In this document: positions 1-14,419 of the stretch, piece by piece
Layout: each line of letters begins with the position of its first letter
Position numbering within the stretch: position 1 is the stretch's first letter
Assembly (NCBI RefSeq): GCF_009834535.1
Contig: NC_045707.1
Location: 57,662,001-57,726,000, forward strand
From: Camelus ferus
Lineage: Eukaryota
DNA length: 64,000 nucleotides
Direction of reading: 5' to 3'
Made by a program: the position numbers and the translations under genes
Notes under the pieces: generated by a model
Database searches by the model: none
What the model saw: only the letters and a program-made list of their open reading frames with translations
Told to the model about the DNA's origin: nothing

Positions 1-2403
1 AATGTGATTTTTTTAAAAAATGACCTCCCAAATTGAAGATATAAAAACTCAAGATCCACACAGGCAAAATAAAGGACTAAAAAATCTTGAATTTAAAACA
101 GAACTGTGGTGGGAACTGAGGTAAACTGCAAAGCAAATGCTCCATCTAAAGACAGCCTCTATTCAACAACAGCTGATTCTTATGAGAAATATGTCAAAAA
201 TACTCTGATTTTTGTAAGAAACAAAGAAAACTGAAGTTTCACTAGATACTTAATAATTTTAAAATGCTATCAGAACTTTATTTAGAATGTATTAACATTC
301 TGCTGGGCCAGCAAAGCCAGGGTGGCCCACAGATAGTCTGTTTGTCACCTTGGTATCCAAGCTTCATCCGAGACATTCATGAAATTGATCAGCAGGAAAG
401 AATTGAGACAGAGCTCTTAACATCTCATTAGAAACATCAAGCTAAACAATCAAGAGCACCCTTGGACTCAAGCCACTCCTCCTATCTGTGTTTGTTTCTC
501 CCACCATTCTAATCTGGCCCCACCATTTCATTTCTACAATGCTACGTACAAACTTCTTGACACAGTTCATTCATGCTGCCTCCAAGCCTTCATATCCTGT
601 TCCCACTGAAGATGTTCTCCTGACTTATCAACCTATCTTTACCACCTTCATTCCAAAATGGGAAGTAAATTCATGAAATTTGAAATGACCCCCTTTCCAT
701 TCTAATTATTAATCTATATCATACGTTCAAACTGTAGTTTTAATAGAGTCAAAATCTTTTAGCAAACTGGAAAAAAAAATCTTTTAGCATACTGAAACCC
801 ATTTCCAAAGCTAAGCCTTTATGTTACAGGGGAAATTATTTGACCAATGACATTTAATAAAGAGCTGCTATTGAATTCTTTCTAGTTCCTAATATATTGC
901 TTAGCAGTGCTTAAAATTTTTTTCACATGAGCATATTTTATCTCCAATTAGTCTACAATCATTTTAAGGTTCTGTACATTTTTTAACTCCCCACAGAGTT
1001 TAATAAACATTTGTCAGACTTCTCATAATGGCTACTAAGAAAACTGAGAAACATTTAAAAGCCAAGGTTTATATATAAGCTAGAATTTTCAGCATGATTT
1101 TCATCCTCAGTACTTTTAGCTATATCTTATGGGTCATTTGCTTAGAAGTTTTACAAACAAGGAAGAAAACTACTGTTAAATTTTACTAAAGGAAAATTGC
1201 TGAGCAAATCCAAGTTGAATTCAACTATAAAATAAATAAGTTGTGTATCAGTTTACTAGAATATCATACCTCAATCCAAACTGTATTTAAAAAAAATAAG
1301 CTTAGAGGGCTCTAGTAGAAATTCATTTATTTAATGGTGGTGGCCTAAGAATGCAAGGATTGTTTCTCATTTGAAAACATACAAACAGACTTTATGAATA
1401 TAAGTGAGGGAAATATGCTACTTAGATGACAAATTTTTTTTCACAAAGCAAACTTTAGAAAGAAATATTGTTTTAAAATGCAGTAGGTGGAAACAGATTT
1501 CTGAACACACTGTCTACAAATTAAATGTGTCTCACTACAGTAGTGGTTATAAAATAATTGCACAGTAATCCTCATAAGCTATTTTATAAAGAAATACTCA
1601 TGACAGAGAAGTCATCCAGTATATCACATAAAATAGGCAACCTACAATTTGCAGACATATTGAAAATAGCAAATATACCAAAGTGTTGTTTTTAAAAGAA
1701 TTTGGTAATTACTGAAAGAAACTAAAATGATGGAAATTGAGATTTAGGAGAGAAATGTGAACCCCTGAAATAGGAACCTTGTTAATAAAGATAGCCACTA
1801 CTTATACAGTATTTTTAAAAATCACATAGATAATTGAGTGGCAGACCCACGATTCAAACCTATGTCTCTCTGACTCAAAATGCATGTGCATTATATCATG
1901 ATACATGCCTTCTATCCTCCCCCCCAAAAAAGTGAGCTGGCAGGAGTTCCAAAAAAGCAGTAGGAATTAGTGATAGTGATATGAAAGAACCCAGGATTAT
2001 GACTATCCCTTTAATTGCAGTGGCTAAAGCTTCCAACAGTATCTTAGGTAAGAAGATGCTGGGAATTTTACAATATCGCTGTATATACTTCATTATCATT
2101 AATATATATTTCAGGCTATTATAGATAATATTCTTGAACATGTTAAGGTGTCTTTCCTTTTTTGTTCTTTCTTTTTATGTCCTTATTCAACCTGAGGCAT
2201 CCATTGTCTGGAAAAGCACCACTACTCAGAAGCTAGAAGTGCGAAGAGAAAAAGTCGATATTAAATTTTTAACTCTTGAAAAATATTAAAAATTTAATAT
2301 CAATAATAATAAAGTTGAATGCATCCATTCAACAAATACTTAATTTCAGTTATGAGCCAGGTAGTTTCTGTTCCAGATACAGCAATGAATGAAGTAGATC
2401 TTG

Positions 2404-2547
2404 GAAGGGAGGGTATGGCTCAGTGGTGCAGCACATGCTTAGCATGCATGAGGACCTGGGTTCAATCCCTGGTATCTCCATATAAATAAATGAGTAAATA
2501 AATAAATAAATGAATAAAAACCTAATTACTTCCCCCCAAAACAAACA
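2404..2547 (+). mobile_element. tRNA-derived SINE, camelid-type
   Basis: A box TGGCTCAGTGG, B box GGTTCAATCCC, (AAAT)n tract then aacctaattacttcccccc; TSD aagtagatcttg at 2392-2403 and 2548-2559. Confidence 0.85.
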
Positions 2548-3592
2548 AAGTAGATCTTGAAGCAGATAGGATCTCGCTCTCGCTCTCTCTCTTCTCTCAC
2601 CATCTCTCTCTTCTCTTACCCTCTCCCTCGCTATGTGTGGTGTGGGTTTGTGTGTGTGTGTGAACTAAAGCCAAGTTCTGTTGAGGAACAAGTGTTTTCC
2701 ACATGGAAAGTCAATTTTGCATGATTGGGACATTAAAGTTGTACAAGTCAAGAAAGGGGCTTTCATTAGTCAAGAAAAGAAAAAGTTCTGTGCTAATAAG
2801 AAAAGGAGAGAGAAAGAATAGGACAAAGCAGTCAGACTGGAATGTCCTTGGATATTCAGGTGAGGGTAGAGTGATGAAAACACCCCCAATAGGTTTGTGA
2901 AGGAAATCAAAGTGTGGAGGGCTTGCTCCTTCTCAGGATGGAGAGGAAAATGAAAAGCCTCTTAGAAAATCTCCATCTTCAATATGGCACCATGTCCAGT
3001 AAGATCTAAGGGCTCTTCTAGCAGGCCATCCAGAGCTAGGGAAGGATGTGGAGGTCACCTTCCCAGTCCTTCAAGTGAAAAACTGGTAAGAGAAAACAAC
3101 CTAGAGCATTAGCTACCTGACGGTTGAGAGGGTTGATTCAGACTAAGAGCCAGGGCACTACAATAAGCCTGAGGTTGGATCAAGTTTCAAACAGAAAATA
3201 AAACCCTTCAAACTAGAAGCTAGGATAGCAGGTAAGCACCAGGAAGATTCCCAAAAAGCCAGGTGAGACGAACCACAGCATCACAGACTTGAGATCTCCT
3301 CACCCTGCATTCAGTGGGCTTCCTCTGTATCTAGAATCCATCTTAGGAAGTGAGACAGAAAAGGGAGACTCCCTGAAAGAGGAGAGAAAACATACTATTG
3401 GGGAGTTGAACCTACACAACACGATCACTGTATACAGTAATGACACTGTTCTCACAGTGTAGGGCTGGAAACGCCAGCAAGAAGAGCCCTGATTCTCATT
3501 TTCATTAACTTTTTTCATTTTTCCCTACCTCAGCAAAAGGGTATCAAAAATCTCAGAGTCATCACCCTTGATTCAAAAATCTAGATGTCATC

Positions 3593-5236
3593 CATACTCT
3601 GAACACTATAAAATACTGAAAAAGGAAACTGAAGATGATTCAAAGAAATGGAAAGATAGCCCATGCTCTTGGATTGGAAGAACTAATATTGTTAAAAATG
3701 GCCATACTACTCAAAGCAATCTACAGATTTAATGCTACCCCTATCAAATTACCCAGGACATTTTTCACAGAACTAGAAAAATAATCCTAAAATTTATATG
3801 GAACCACAAAATACTCAGAATTGCCAAAGCAATCCTGAAGAAAAAAAAACAAAGCTGGAGGCAGAACCTTCCAGACTTCAGACAATACTACAGACATATG
3901 GATCAATGGAACAGAACAGGGAGCCTGGACACAAATCCACACACCTCTAATCAATTAATCTTTGACAAAGGAGGCAAGAATATACAAGGGGGAAAAGACA
4001 ATCTCTTCAGCAAGTGGTGTTAGGAAAGCTGGACAGAAGCATGTAAATCAATGAAGTTAGAACACTCCCACACACCATACACAAAAATAAACTCAAAATG
4101 GCTTAAAGGCTTCACTATAGGACATGACACCATAAAACTTCTAGAAGAGAATATAGGCAAAACATTCTCTGACATAAATTGTAGCAATATTTTCTTAGGT
4201 CAGTCACAAAAGGCAAAATAATAAAAACAAAAATAAACAAATGGGACATAATTAAGCTTATAAGCTTTTGCACAGCAAAGGAAACCAAATACAACAAAAA
4301 GAGAACCTACAGAATGGAAGAAAATATTCACAAATGATGCAACCAATGAGAGCTTAATTTCCAAAATATACAAACAGCTCATACAACTCAATATAAAAAA
4401 GAAAAAAAAAAAACCATTGAAAAATGTGTAGAAGGCCTAAATAGACATTTCTCCAAAGACATACAGATGGCCAACATGCACACAAAAAGATGTTCAACAT
4501 TACTAATTACTACAATGAGGTATCACCTCACACCAGTCAGAATGGCCATAATCAAGAAGTCTACAAATAATAAATGCTGAAGAGGGTGTAGAGAAAAGGG
4601 AACCCTCCTACACTGTTGGTAGGAATGTAAATTGGTGCAGCCACTATGGAAAACAGTATGGAGGTTCCTTAAACTAAAAACAGAGTTACCACATGATCCA
4701 GCAATTCCACTCCTGGGCATGTATCTGGAGAAAACTCTAATTCAAAAAGACATACATCCCAATGTTCATAGCAGCACTATTTACAATAGCCAACACACGG
4801 AAGCAACCTATGTGTCCATCAACAGACAGATGGATAAAGAAGATGTGGTGTGTACACGTACACGTACACACACACACAGGAATACTACTTAGCCATAAAA
4901 AAGAATGAAATAATGCCATCTGCAGCAACATGAATGGACTTAGAGATTATCATACTAAGTGAAGTAAGTTAGATACAGAAAGACAAATATCATATGATAT
5001 CACTTATTTATGGAATCTAAAAAAATGATGCAAATGAACTCATTCACAACACAGAAACAGACTCACATACATAGAAAACAATCTTATGGTTACTGAAGAG
5101 GAAAGGGGGTGGAGGAATGTATTAGGAGTTTGAGATCAGTAGATAAGCATACTATAAGTAAAAGAGATAAACAACAAGGACCAACTGTATAGCACAGTGA
5201 ACTATATTCAATATCTTGTAATAATACATAATGGAA
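3593..5236 (+). mobile_element. 5'-truncated, decayed L1 (ORF2 C-terminus and 3'UTR)
   Basis: L1 ORF2-like peptide [28 protein letters not shown]; near-perfect 18-bp TSD at 3575-3592 and 5237-5254. Confidence 0.92.
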
Positions 5237-5254
5237 AAAAATTTAGATGTCATC

Positions 5255-5895
5255 ATTGACTCATTTCTCCTTTTTGATCCCACAGCAAATCCATCACCAA
5301 GTCCTGTCAATTCTTCTTTCTTAATGTAATGAAAAGCTTCCCACTTCTCTCCTTTATCCCAGTATCATTTATTGCCCAGATTACTAAAATAACCTCCTAC
5401 CTAGTACCCTTGCTAACAATTTTGCCCCCTACAATTAATTTTCCCAAGGTTCTTAAAATTCTTTAATAACTTCCATTACATTTGAAATGAAAACCAACTC
5501 CTTAGGATGGCTTAGCCCTGACCTTTGTCTGACTCCTACCCTCCAATACAGCTCTCCTCTAACTCCCACCAACATTGACCTCTCTGGTCTTCAAAATGAC
5601 AAATGTGTTTCTCTACAGAGCCTGTCAGTGGATGCTCCTTCCTCCTGCAGATCTTCACATGACAAGAAGCTCCTTGTCATCTAGATCACAACTCAATGCC
5701 ATTTCATCAGAGGACTTCCAAAGCATTCCACCAAAAGTAGCCCCCTCTCCCCTGACTTCCCCTCATCTGTTTATTTATGGATATATAATCTACTTATCTC
5801 TTTAGAATGTAAGTTCCTTGAGGGCAGGGGTCTGATGTGTGTCTTGTTCACAGGTACATAGGTTTTCTCTCAATATCTTGAATGATGAAATGAAA
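5255..5895 (+). mobile_element. L2 3' fragment
   Basis: aatccatcaccaagtcctgtc and tagaatgtaagttccttgagggcaggg...tcaatatcttgaatga resemble the L2 3' end. Confidence 0.7.
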
Positions 5896-6892
5896 AACTG
5901 AAGAGATCAATGAACAAATAGGGTAACAGAGGGGAATGGTTACATTCTTCCCACTCTCCTTTTCCCACTAATATCTCTCATGTCACTCCCAGTTTTGTCA
6001 AAGGTAGGCAAAATGACTAGAAATCAGGCAATGAAGAACACAGGAAGTGTAGTCCTAAAGAGCAGTGAGCAAAGGGCTTCAACAGGGTTTGGGGAAAAAC
6101 AATTTAGGAAAGAGAACAGGAGACTTCAAAACGTTGTAGCCTCCCACTCCATGTTGGATCTTCCAAATCAGGAATATAAAAGTAAGAAATGCCTATCTTC
6201 TATAAAGCATTATGTAAATTGTATTTTCTGAGTTGAAATATTTAACACACACTAGGAAATAAATAAATAGTGAATCTTATCAAGAGGATTTATAGGGAGG
6301 ATTTTTATCTACTGAGTTTTCAGGAAGCAGTAGAGCCATGTTGCTAATTGATATGAGAAGCACTATAGGATTTCGTCTTTTTCACAACTACTTACATAAA
6401 TAGGTAATTAGGGCAAAGGTGATCAGACAAAAATAAATACGCTGCTTACATTTCAATGGAAAACTGGCGTTAAGTAACAGATTACTGAAGAAATATTTTT
6501 TAGTTAAATTTTAGTTTAAATTATTCTGTCCAAGGAAACTTAAAGGCAGTGGCATTGAGGCTATTTGAGTAAAACTGAAAGCATTTTAGATTACAGACTT
6601 GTAGTCACATAAGTTGACCAGTTTATGACTTTAAAGGGCAGAAATTTAGTGTAATTATGCATAATACATAGTTTTTTGGTTTTGGTTACAAAATTAATAT
6701 TATTTGACTATGCATGGACCTCTATATTATATGGGAAAAAGTTGTTTCTTACTAACGGTATATTAACTAGCCTATTAATAATCAGATTCCTAATGTAGCA
6801 TCACAATCTGAAATTTTAAAACTGCATTCCTATTATGTTACAGATTAGTACTTGTTCTCAGAACTATTTCCAAAAAAGAAAAAAATTCTTAC

Positions 6893-7013
6893 CAGACATA
6901 AACTGTGTAATAGAGGATAATTCCATTTGGCTCCAGGGGTGGTTGCCATGACAACTTCACCGTGACACCAGACAACTGTTTTACAGAGAAGTCTTGTGGG
7001 GGAGAATCAGGAG
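6893..7013 (-). CDS. PTPRQ: Coding exon 17
   Basis: ttttcag|, |gtaaga, 121 nt, phase 1-2: [39 protein letters not shown](W). Confidence 0.95.
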
Positions 7014-10000
7014 CTGAAAAGTTAAGGTATAGAAAAATGCACTTTATTAAACGTATATAAGGAAAAGTTAAAATGGAAATGTACAAAACTTTTATCATGA
7101 ACTTTCTGGCAAATGAATGGGGTAAAGTGCCCTTCTTTGTGGGCCTGAGAGACTGTTTACTTTCAAAATGAGATGATAAAGAAGATTTTGCATGGTGGTG
7201 TTAGAACATCTGTTTCTGTGATTCAATGGAAAAAAATATTTCATGAGAAAAAAGAACAAGGAGTATGTCACTGTGATTCACCTACTGTTCAAGTACATCT
7301 TGGTAAATTATCATTCCTCTAATAAAAATAAAACCATTGGGGTGAATAAATATAATATATAGTAAAAGAGCTCCCCAAACTATAAAAAGAAATAGGAAAA
7401 AAAAATAACAAGAAGTAAGAAAGTGAAAATTATAACATTGGGAAAGCAGTTAAAATGACTGACCTCACAAATGAAAACTGCATTCAATTTCAGTTGTGTT
7501 ATTAAACTGTAAAAGAGTATCAAAATCTTTTCACTGAGTCTTTAAAACTGAATGATTTACAAAGGAAATGCCATTGTAGCAAATAAGAATATAGACATTT
7601 TAGGGTCTACTTCTAATTGTGCTGTAATAGTTTAAAAATTCAAATATTTTAGCCATTCTACAAGGAATAAATACTAAGAAAAATTATTGTAAACTAATTA
7701 GCCAAGTTTATGCTTCCATTTCAATAAAACGTTTAGAAAGACATTTCTTAACTGCTCTGTACCAGCACAGTAATGTCTTAGAATATTAATACACGTTTTT
7801 GCATGTAAAAGGTACAAATTACTAAAATTTTGATCACTTAGTTATACATGGAAAGTGAACTCTTAGCTAATAGAAATTTGAAGAATTTGTTCAGATCTTT
7901 GAAAAATGTAAATTTATAGATTAGTATATGTGCAGATCACTTTTTCCAATAATCTGGAGAAAATCATGCCTGAATTACTACATTTTCTTTCTGATTTTCA
8001 GAATAACCTCAACTAGCGTGTGTGTACACACATGTGTGTGTTTTCATTATCTTGGTGATGATAATTTTTCAAAAAAGGAGTTTATTGAGCAGAGAAAAGC
8101 TTTATGAGTTGAGTTCTATGGAATAATGGTGACAGCTGTGTTTGTGTTTTCAGCTGGCTTTCTCACTGGCACTACAATAAAAATGCTATCAAATATTGAT
8201 TATCACAAGAATCCATATGTCATTTGGAGATGTCTGTTTCCCAAGATATGAATTATCTCTGAGAACTCTCATTGTCAAGACAAAAACCTATAATATTTTT
8301 CTGAATATCAGTGCAAAACTTAACTTTCATTTTTAATCAGAGAAAAGGATTTTAATCAAAACCAGCACTGATATAGAACATGTAACTAAGCACTTCTGTT
8401 TTATAATATGCTCTAACATGTTTATGTGGAACAGCAAATAGTTCTTGGTGTTTTATATTTAATCTTCAGCATATCCTTGAGTATTTTATTTTATGTAAAA
8501 CTTTATTGCTAAATAAATGCAGTTAACACGCCTTTCAAAATAAAACACTCATATCTACCATTGTGGACAAACATTTTTCAAACATTTTTAACATTTGTTA
8601 AAATACCATTTATATTCAGAAATGCAATTTTTAAAATGAAATTGGAAAAACAGAATAATTAAATGCAGTGTCTTTCACAGTCTATCCAATTCATAATGAC
8701 AGAACGTATGAGACAGACGAGAAGGGTCTTCATAAGGCTCTGACTGCCTCCTACCCTTTCCTATCCCTCAACCCACTCTACTCATCTTCCTTCAGGTCAC
8801 AGCTTAACCATACTTTCCTGGATATCTCAGAGTAGCTGAAGTTCCTTTTCTGTCCTGGTGAACACTTATACCAGTAATTAGAACTGTAAAAATTATTTAT
8901 CTACACATTTGTCAAATTCAGATCTCTTCTACTGAACTTCAAGCTCTACAACAGCAAGAAACTCCTAATACCTAATAAAGGAAATTGTCTCAAGCTTTTA
9001 TCCAAATTCTAAATTTGCTGTAATTTTTCTGTAAGGGAGTCTTGTTCTTTACCCTGTTCCTTAGCAATAAGATCAAGGACATAGATGGAAGTTTACCATG
9101 ACTGTATTTTTAACAGTTTGGACGTATAGTATAATTTGAAACAATTGACTTGACTTGAGTGGTAAAAACAAACAAACAAACAAAACTCTGCCTCCTCAAA
9201 ATGTATTTTCACTACTGGGCTAGGTTCCTTTCATATAAGACCTTGAATTCTTACCATAGGGACCATTTAATTAGATTAGAAGTAGAGAAATGGGTACCAT
9301 GTCCATAAGGACATTGCTAAAATGACTTAATTTATCTTTCTTAGACATCATCTAAGACAGAAAGGAGAGCTAACCTTCTTCGCTCAACTTTAACCATTGT
9401 ATCATTGGGAAAATTTATATATTGGGTTAATTTTTCACTTTGAGAGCAAGAAGAATCTAACTATGGAAAAATAAAAATTTGGAAAGGTAAGTTTTGATGG
9501 AGAAACAACATATTAAGTAGAGGCAATAACTAAGGAGGACTAACCTATGAGAAGACTTAGAAACTGGGGCGACTGGTTCTAAGTTTCTAGAACTGGGAGT
9601 AGAAACTAAGCCATCAGTTTAGAACCCTGGTAGAGCACCTGACCAGGATACTCTGGTGAAGTAATCTGGTGGAAGGGAAGTCAGGGAGGGACCTGAAATG
9701 GGAGAAGAGGGTTCTGAGGACTTCAATACTTTGAATAAAATAAGAGCACTGCAGAGAAAAGTCTTCCTTCTAGAAGTATGTAATGCATATTTTGTCCTGG
9801 TGAATGACGAGAATCTGAACATCCACAGGGTGCAGCTTAGCATGAAGATGAGGAAACTTGAAAGAGAGGATGCAAAAGATACCCTACAAGCATGTGACAC
9901 ATCCAGACCCGCTCATCATGGCAACGGCACTTTCTTTTAACAGGAAGAAAAATAAATAACATTCTCAAAATACACAATATACAAAACAAAATGCAAATCC

Positions 10001-10659
10001 AAATCCCAAATATATCTTTCAAAAGTAATTTTCTTAGCATGATGTATGCCTATAACTTGGTGAGGCAGCATTGGAAAATGGCCTTAGTAGTAAAGATAAT
10101 TTTATTCAGGTTAGGAAAAGGTATGCTTAAATACTCAATATGAAGGCTATTAACATTCGGGCATAGCATCTTGGCAACTTAGGTAGATAAACTAATAGCC
10201 TGGAAAATAGCCTGAACACATTAGCAAGATAATCCTAATAACAATAAAAACTGCTGTAGGTTGACATAAGAGAATCTACTATAAAATTTACATATATGTC
10301 TATTCTAATGAACGTGAAAGTTGAAAAACACAGTCAAAATACACTGACTGATGCTCACACTATTCAAACCCAAATTTTAGCCTTAAAAATTCCCATGGAA
10401 AAAAAATATTACTGGTTTTCTTACACAGCACAGATGACTTCAGAATTTTAAAAAGCATTTTATATCTGATTTCACTGAACATAAATCTGACTCTGCAAGC
10501 TTTTTTCACACCATGACAATGAAATCTCTATACAATGTTGGTGTGGCACACAACGGCTACCCCAGCTAGGAGAATTCTGATGTTGTATCTTCATTGCATA
10601 GACATGTTTTCTGAAATGTGATGGATATGAAATAAGTCAGTATCAAGTGCTATAATTAC

Positions 10660-10761
10660 CATCTTCTTCAGTGAGCACACTTAAAGGTGCACTCCGAACT
10701 CCTTCGCCTTCGACGGTACTAGCTGACACCTCAATCATATATTGCGAATACTTCTTCAGTC
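10660..10761 (-). CDS. PTPRQ: Coding exon 16
   Basis: tatttag|, |gtaatt, 102 nt, phase 1-1: [33 protein letters not shown]. Confidence 0.95.
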
Positions 10762-11119
10762 CTAAATAGAAATAAAATAGGTAAGTTAAGACTTACAAAA
10801 TATCTTTTAATAATAGGCAAGAGGCAAATTATGAAATGTCTAACAATCTTCCAAAAGTAAGAACTAAATGAAATGTAGTTCTTGGAATAGTAACTCCTAT
10901 TTTGAAGACAAAATGATACAGAATCATGTGGAAAAGGACAGGCCTAGAGTATTCTTTCATGTGACCTGCCATAAACTCCTAGCTTATTTAACCAAAAAGC
11001 CAGAATCATCATACCCTGTATAAAACTAATCACACCATTTATGATACAACAATAAGCAAATATATCGTGGCCACTCTGTCAATATAAATGTAAATAGCCA
11101 GCATTATTTATTTTTTTAC

Positions 11120-11302
11120 CTGTAATGCTCTGAGTCAAAGAGGTTGTATTTATAGTTCTTTCCTCATTTCCATCACCTTTCTTGAGATAAATTGTATATT
11201 TTTGTATAATTCCATTGGGACTCTTTGGGGGAAGGAATGATAGCTCAATCTCTCCAGAGGAAATATTTTTGTAAGTAATATTTTCTGGTGGACTATCAGG
11301 CA
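11120..11302 (-). CDS. PTPRQ: Coding exon 15
   Basis: ttttcag|, |gtaaaa, 183 nt, phase 1-1: [38 protein letters not shown]...TQSIT. Confidence 0.95.
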
Positions 11303-11613
11303 CTGAAAAAAAAACCCAAAAATATGCATGCATAAAATAATTCCATTTTAATAATATATTCTGTGCTGAAGTTTTCACCCCAGTGGACTAGGCTATGTAT
11401 ATATGAATGTTCATTCACTAGAGTGCGATTATAATAAACATCCTAGATGCAGTAAAATGCAGGTAAATTATAGCACTTAACTTTATAAGAATAATGTCAT
11501 CTCAAAGAAAATTATTATTATTCTGACTCTACAGAATAACGTTTTTAGGATGACATTTTTTATTAAAATACTTGAGACTATTAAACTGTCTTACATTGCA
11601 GAATATGCAGACA

Positions 11614-11978
11614 CAGTGGTGCCTTGGTATCCGCAGGAATTGGTTCCAGGACCCTCACCCCCACTCCTCCAGGAGTACCAAAATCTGAGGATGCTCAAGT
11701 TCCTTCTATAAAATGACACAGTATTTGCATATAACCTACGGACATCCTCCTGTATACTTTATATCACCTCTAGATCACTTATAATACCTAACACAATGTA
11801 AATGCTACATAAATCACTGTAAATACAATGTAAATGCTCTGTAAATAGTTGCCTGTTAACATGCAGCAAATTCAAGTACTGTTTTTTGAAACTTTCTGCA
11901 ATTTTTTTTCTGAATGTTTTTTATCCACAGTTGGTTGAGTCTGTGGATACATGGTCCCCAGATACAAAGGGCTGACTT
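11614..11978. mobile_element. MER2-like Tigger (TcMar) non-autonomous DNA transposon
   Basis: Degenerate TIRs cagtggtgccttggtatccgcagg and cccagatacaaagggctgactt; internal gatgctcaagttccttctataaaatg...gtatttgcatataaccta. Confidence 0.8.
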
Positions 11979-12479
11979 TACAAGAAAGAGGATTGAAAAA
12001 CACTTTAAAAAGCCTGCCTTTCATCAATAATAATAATAAAATACAAATGGTTAATAAATTAGTTTTGATAACACGATCTATGACAAGACAAAGATCCTCT
12101 CCTAGATATAAGGCTGCATATAATGACCTAGTAACAAAACGGTCTCCTGTGGATACAGGGGATCAATAAATAAAACACTAGTTTTCTGTATTTACAAATA
12201 TTCTTACTGTATTGAATGTAATGGTCATAAATGATTCTCTTTATATATTCAAATATTAACGCTAAATGTGGGATTCCAATTCTGGCAAAATATTGGAATA
12301 GCCACCCTAAGTTGAATGACTATCACGATTAAAGTAAGAAAACTCTGCATAAAATTAGCATTTTCTTTTTTTAGGAATTGCAGAGATAACATGGAAGTTA
12401 GAAATCTGTGGTAGTCAAAAACAAAAGCAAAAAATCCCCAACAAAATAAAACAAACAAACAAACAAAAAAAGTAAAAAC

Positions 12480-13960
12480 AGGAATCCTGAGATGGAAACT
12501 GTACTAAAGGGTGCTCTGCCTTGGAGGGTACTGGTCAATCCCGGTGACTTTGAGTTTCTCCATTCACAGCTGTGTGGGGTACCAGAAAAGAAGAGAAAGC
12601 CTTGGGCCAGTAGAAGAATAAAAGATATTCCAGCATAAAGAGTTGAAACCCCAAAAGAATGCAATTTCAACCAGGGCCATGATATAGGCCAACTCTGCAG
12701 AGTGCCGTAGAATTCAGCATGAGTTGTGCAATGTGGTACATTCACTCTCAGGGAATAGGGAATGAGAAGTAAACCCACTATGCAAAAAAGGACAGAAAAA
12801 TAACTTTTTTTCCTCCTGACACTCCTCTGGATGAAGAGGTAGAATATAAAGAAAAATTACGCATTTTTGAAACTGCAAGTCTATCCATATGAGCATGCGT
12901 GGCCCAAATCCACAGCAGCTATATGGCCTGAAAAGACCTCTACTTCAGAATTTAAATTAAAATGAATCTATAATCCTGAATTGCCATTACTCAAAACAAC
13001 TAGCAGAAGCAAACATACATCCTCTCTGAAGAAACTCAACTTCAACTCAGGTCACATAAACTTCCCACAGATAAAGTTTCAAGGAATATGAGCTCACTGA
13101 TAAAAATCACAAAACACACAAGCAAATCAGGCACCAATGGTTAAAGCCAACAAAGAAGAAAAGAAACACAAACACACACACACACCAGCCAGACTTCAGA
13201 TACTGTAATTATCAAAGAATAAAAATACAAATGTTTAACATAGTTCAAGAAATCAAACATTTGAAAATATAAGCAAATAATTCTTTAGATAATAATAAAT
13301 AATACACATAATCAAACAACCTTGAAAAAGAACCAAACAGGACTTGAGGAACAGAATTAAAAAAAAAAAAACCTGAAGGTAAAATTCTCTTGATGTATAA
13401 AAAAGCGGATTAGATAGATAGAAAATAATTTAATGAAAAAGATTATAGTATTGTATGAGTTATCAAAAATGTAACTCAGAGAAAGAAAATATAGAAAATA
13501 CAAGATGGCAGTTAAGAGAAATAAAGGATATACTAAGGGGGCTAAGATAATAGAGAAAATGAGGAAGAAATGTTTAAAGGTATAATGGCCTAGAATGATC
13601 AAAATTACTGAAAGATATCAAGCTTCAGAACAAAGAATGCCAATAAATCTCAAGCAGAATTAAAAAAATTTAGACACATCATTGTAAAAATACAGAATAT
13701 CGAAGAGGAGATCTTAACAGCACCAGAAATAAAATAGAACATCTACACAGGAATGATAATTAGATGGAAAAATGACATCAATTGAAAAACTTCTGGAGTT
13801 CTACACCCAGAAAAAATTAACAAGAGCAAAATAAAAACAAATTCAATCAAAAACAGAGAGCCAGCCATCAATGCAGGCTCAAAAGATGAAATTATAAGCA
13901 ATGTACTTTAAGCAGAAAAATATTCGATAGAGACTAAAGATCACAGTTGGAAAGATAATA
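12480..13960 (+). mobile_element. Ancient L1M 5' region and ORF1 remnant
   Basis: A-rich decayed ORF1-like text (tagacacatcattgtaaaaatacagaat...agatcttaacagcaccaga); boundaries approximate. Confidence 0.55.
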
Positions 13961-14419
13961 GTTCAAAATTGCCTTTCTAGAACAATAACAATAATGGCTA
14001 ATTTGGGGGTTAAACAATATAAACTAAATATGTACATATTATTGCCATTATAGGATCATGCTGTAAGTTCTTTTCTTTCGAAATAAGTGAACCTTTTTGG
14101 TATTCTAAATACAATGGATATAGACAATGCTACTAATAAATTTAGTAAAGTAGAGAAAATCCAGAAGCTTTGAAAGTGTAGATGCAGTGTCTCCAAGCCC
14201 TCATTGTTACCTGCTACAGAGTGTATTCTATCTAAGGCAGACTTAATAGGAAAAACTGACATAAGAATGTTATTTCTAAAGCTCTGGAAGAATTGTAATT
14301 CAATACCTAGCTTGATAGAGCAATATAATCCTACTATCCTTCCTCCAAACACTCAGAATCTTCTCTAGTATCTTCCCAAGCCAACCCATTACAGGAGGAA
14401 AAATCCTCCCCAGCTTCTC

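Noticed and set aside
751..797. Tandem micro-duplication of aaaatcttttagca
   Set aside because: Only two copies, consistent with slippage; not an array
2407..2480. tRNA gene
   Set aside because: The A-rich tail and TSD identify it as a SINE
1..6892. Next PTPRQ exon (phase-2 start)
   Set aside because: No matching exon was found by eye; it presumably lies beyond the left edge
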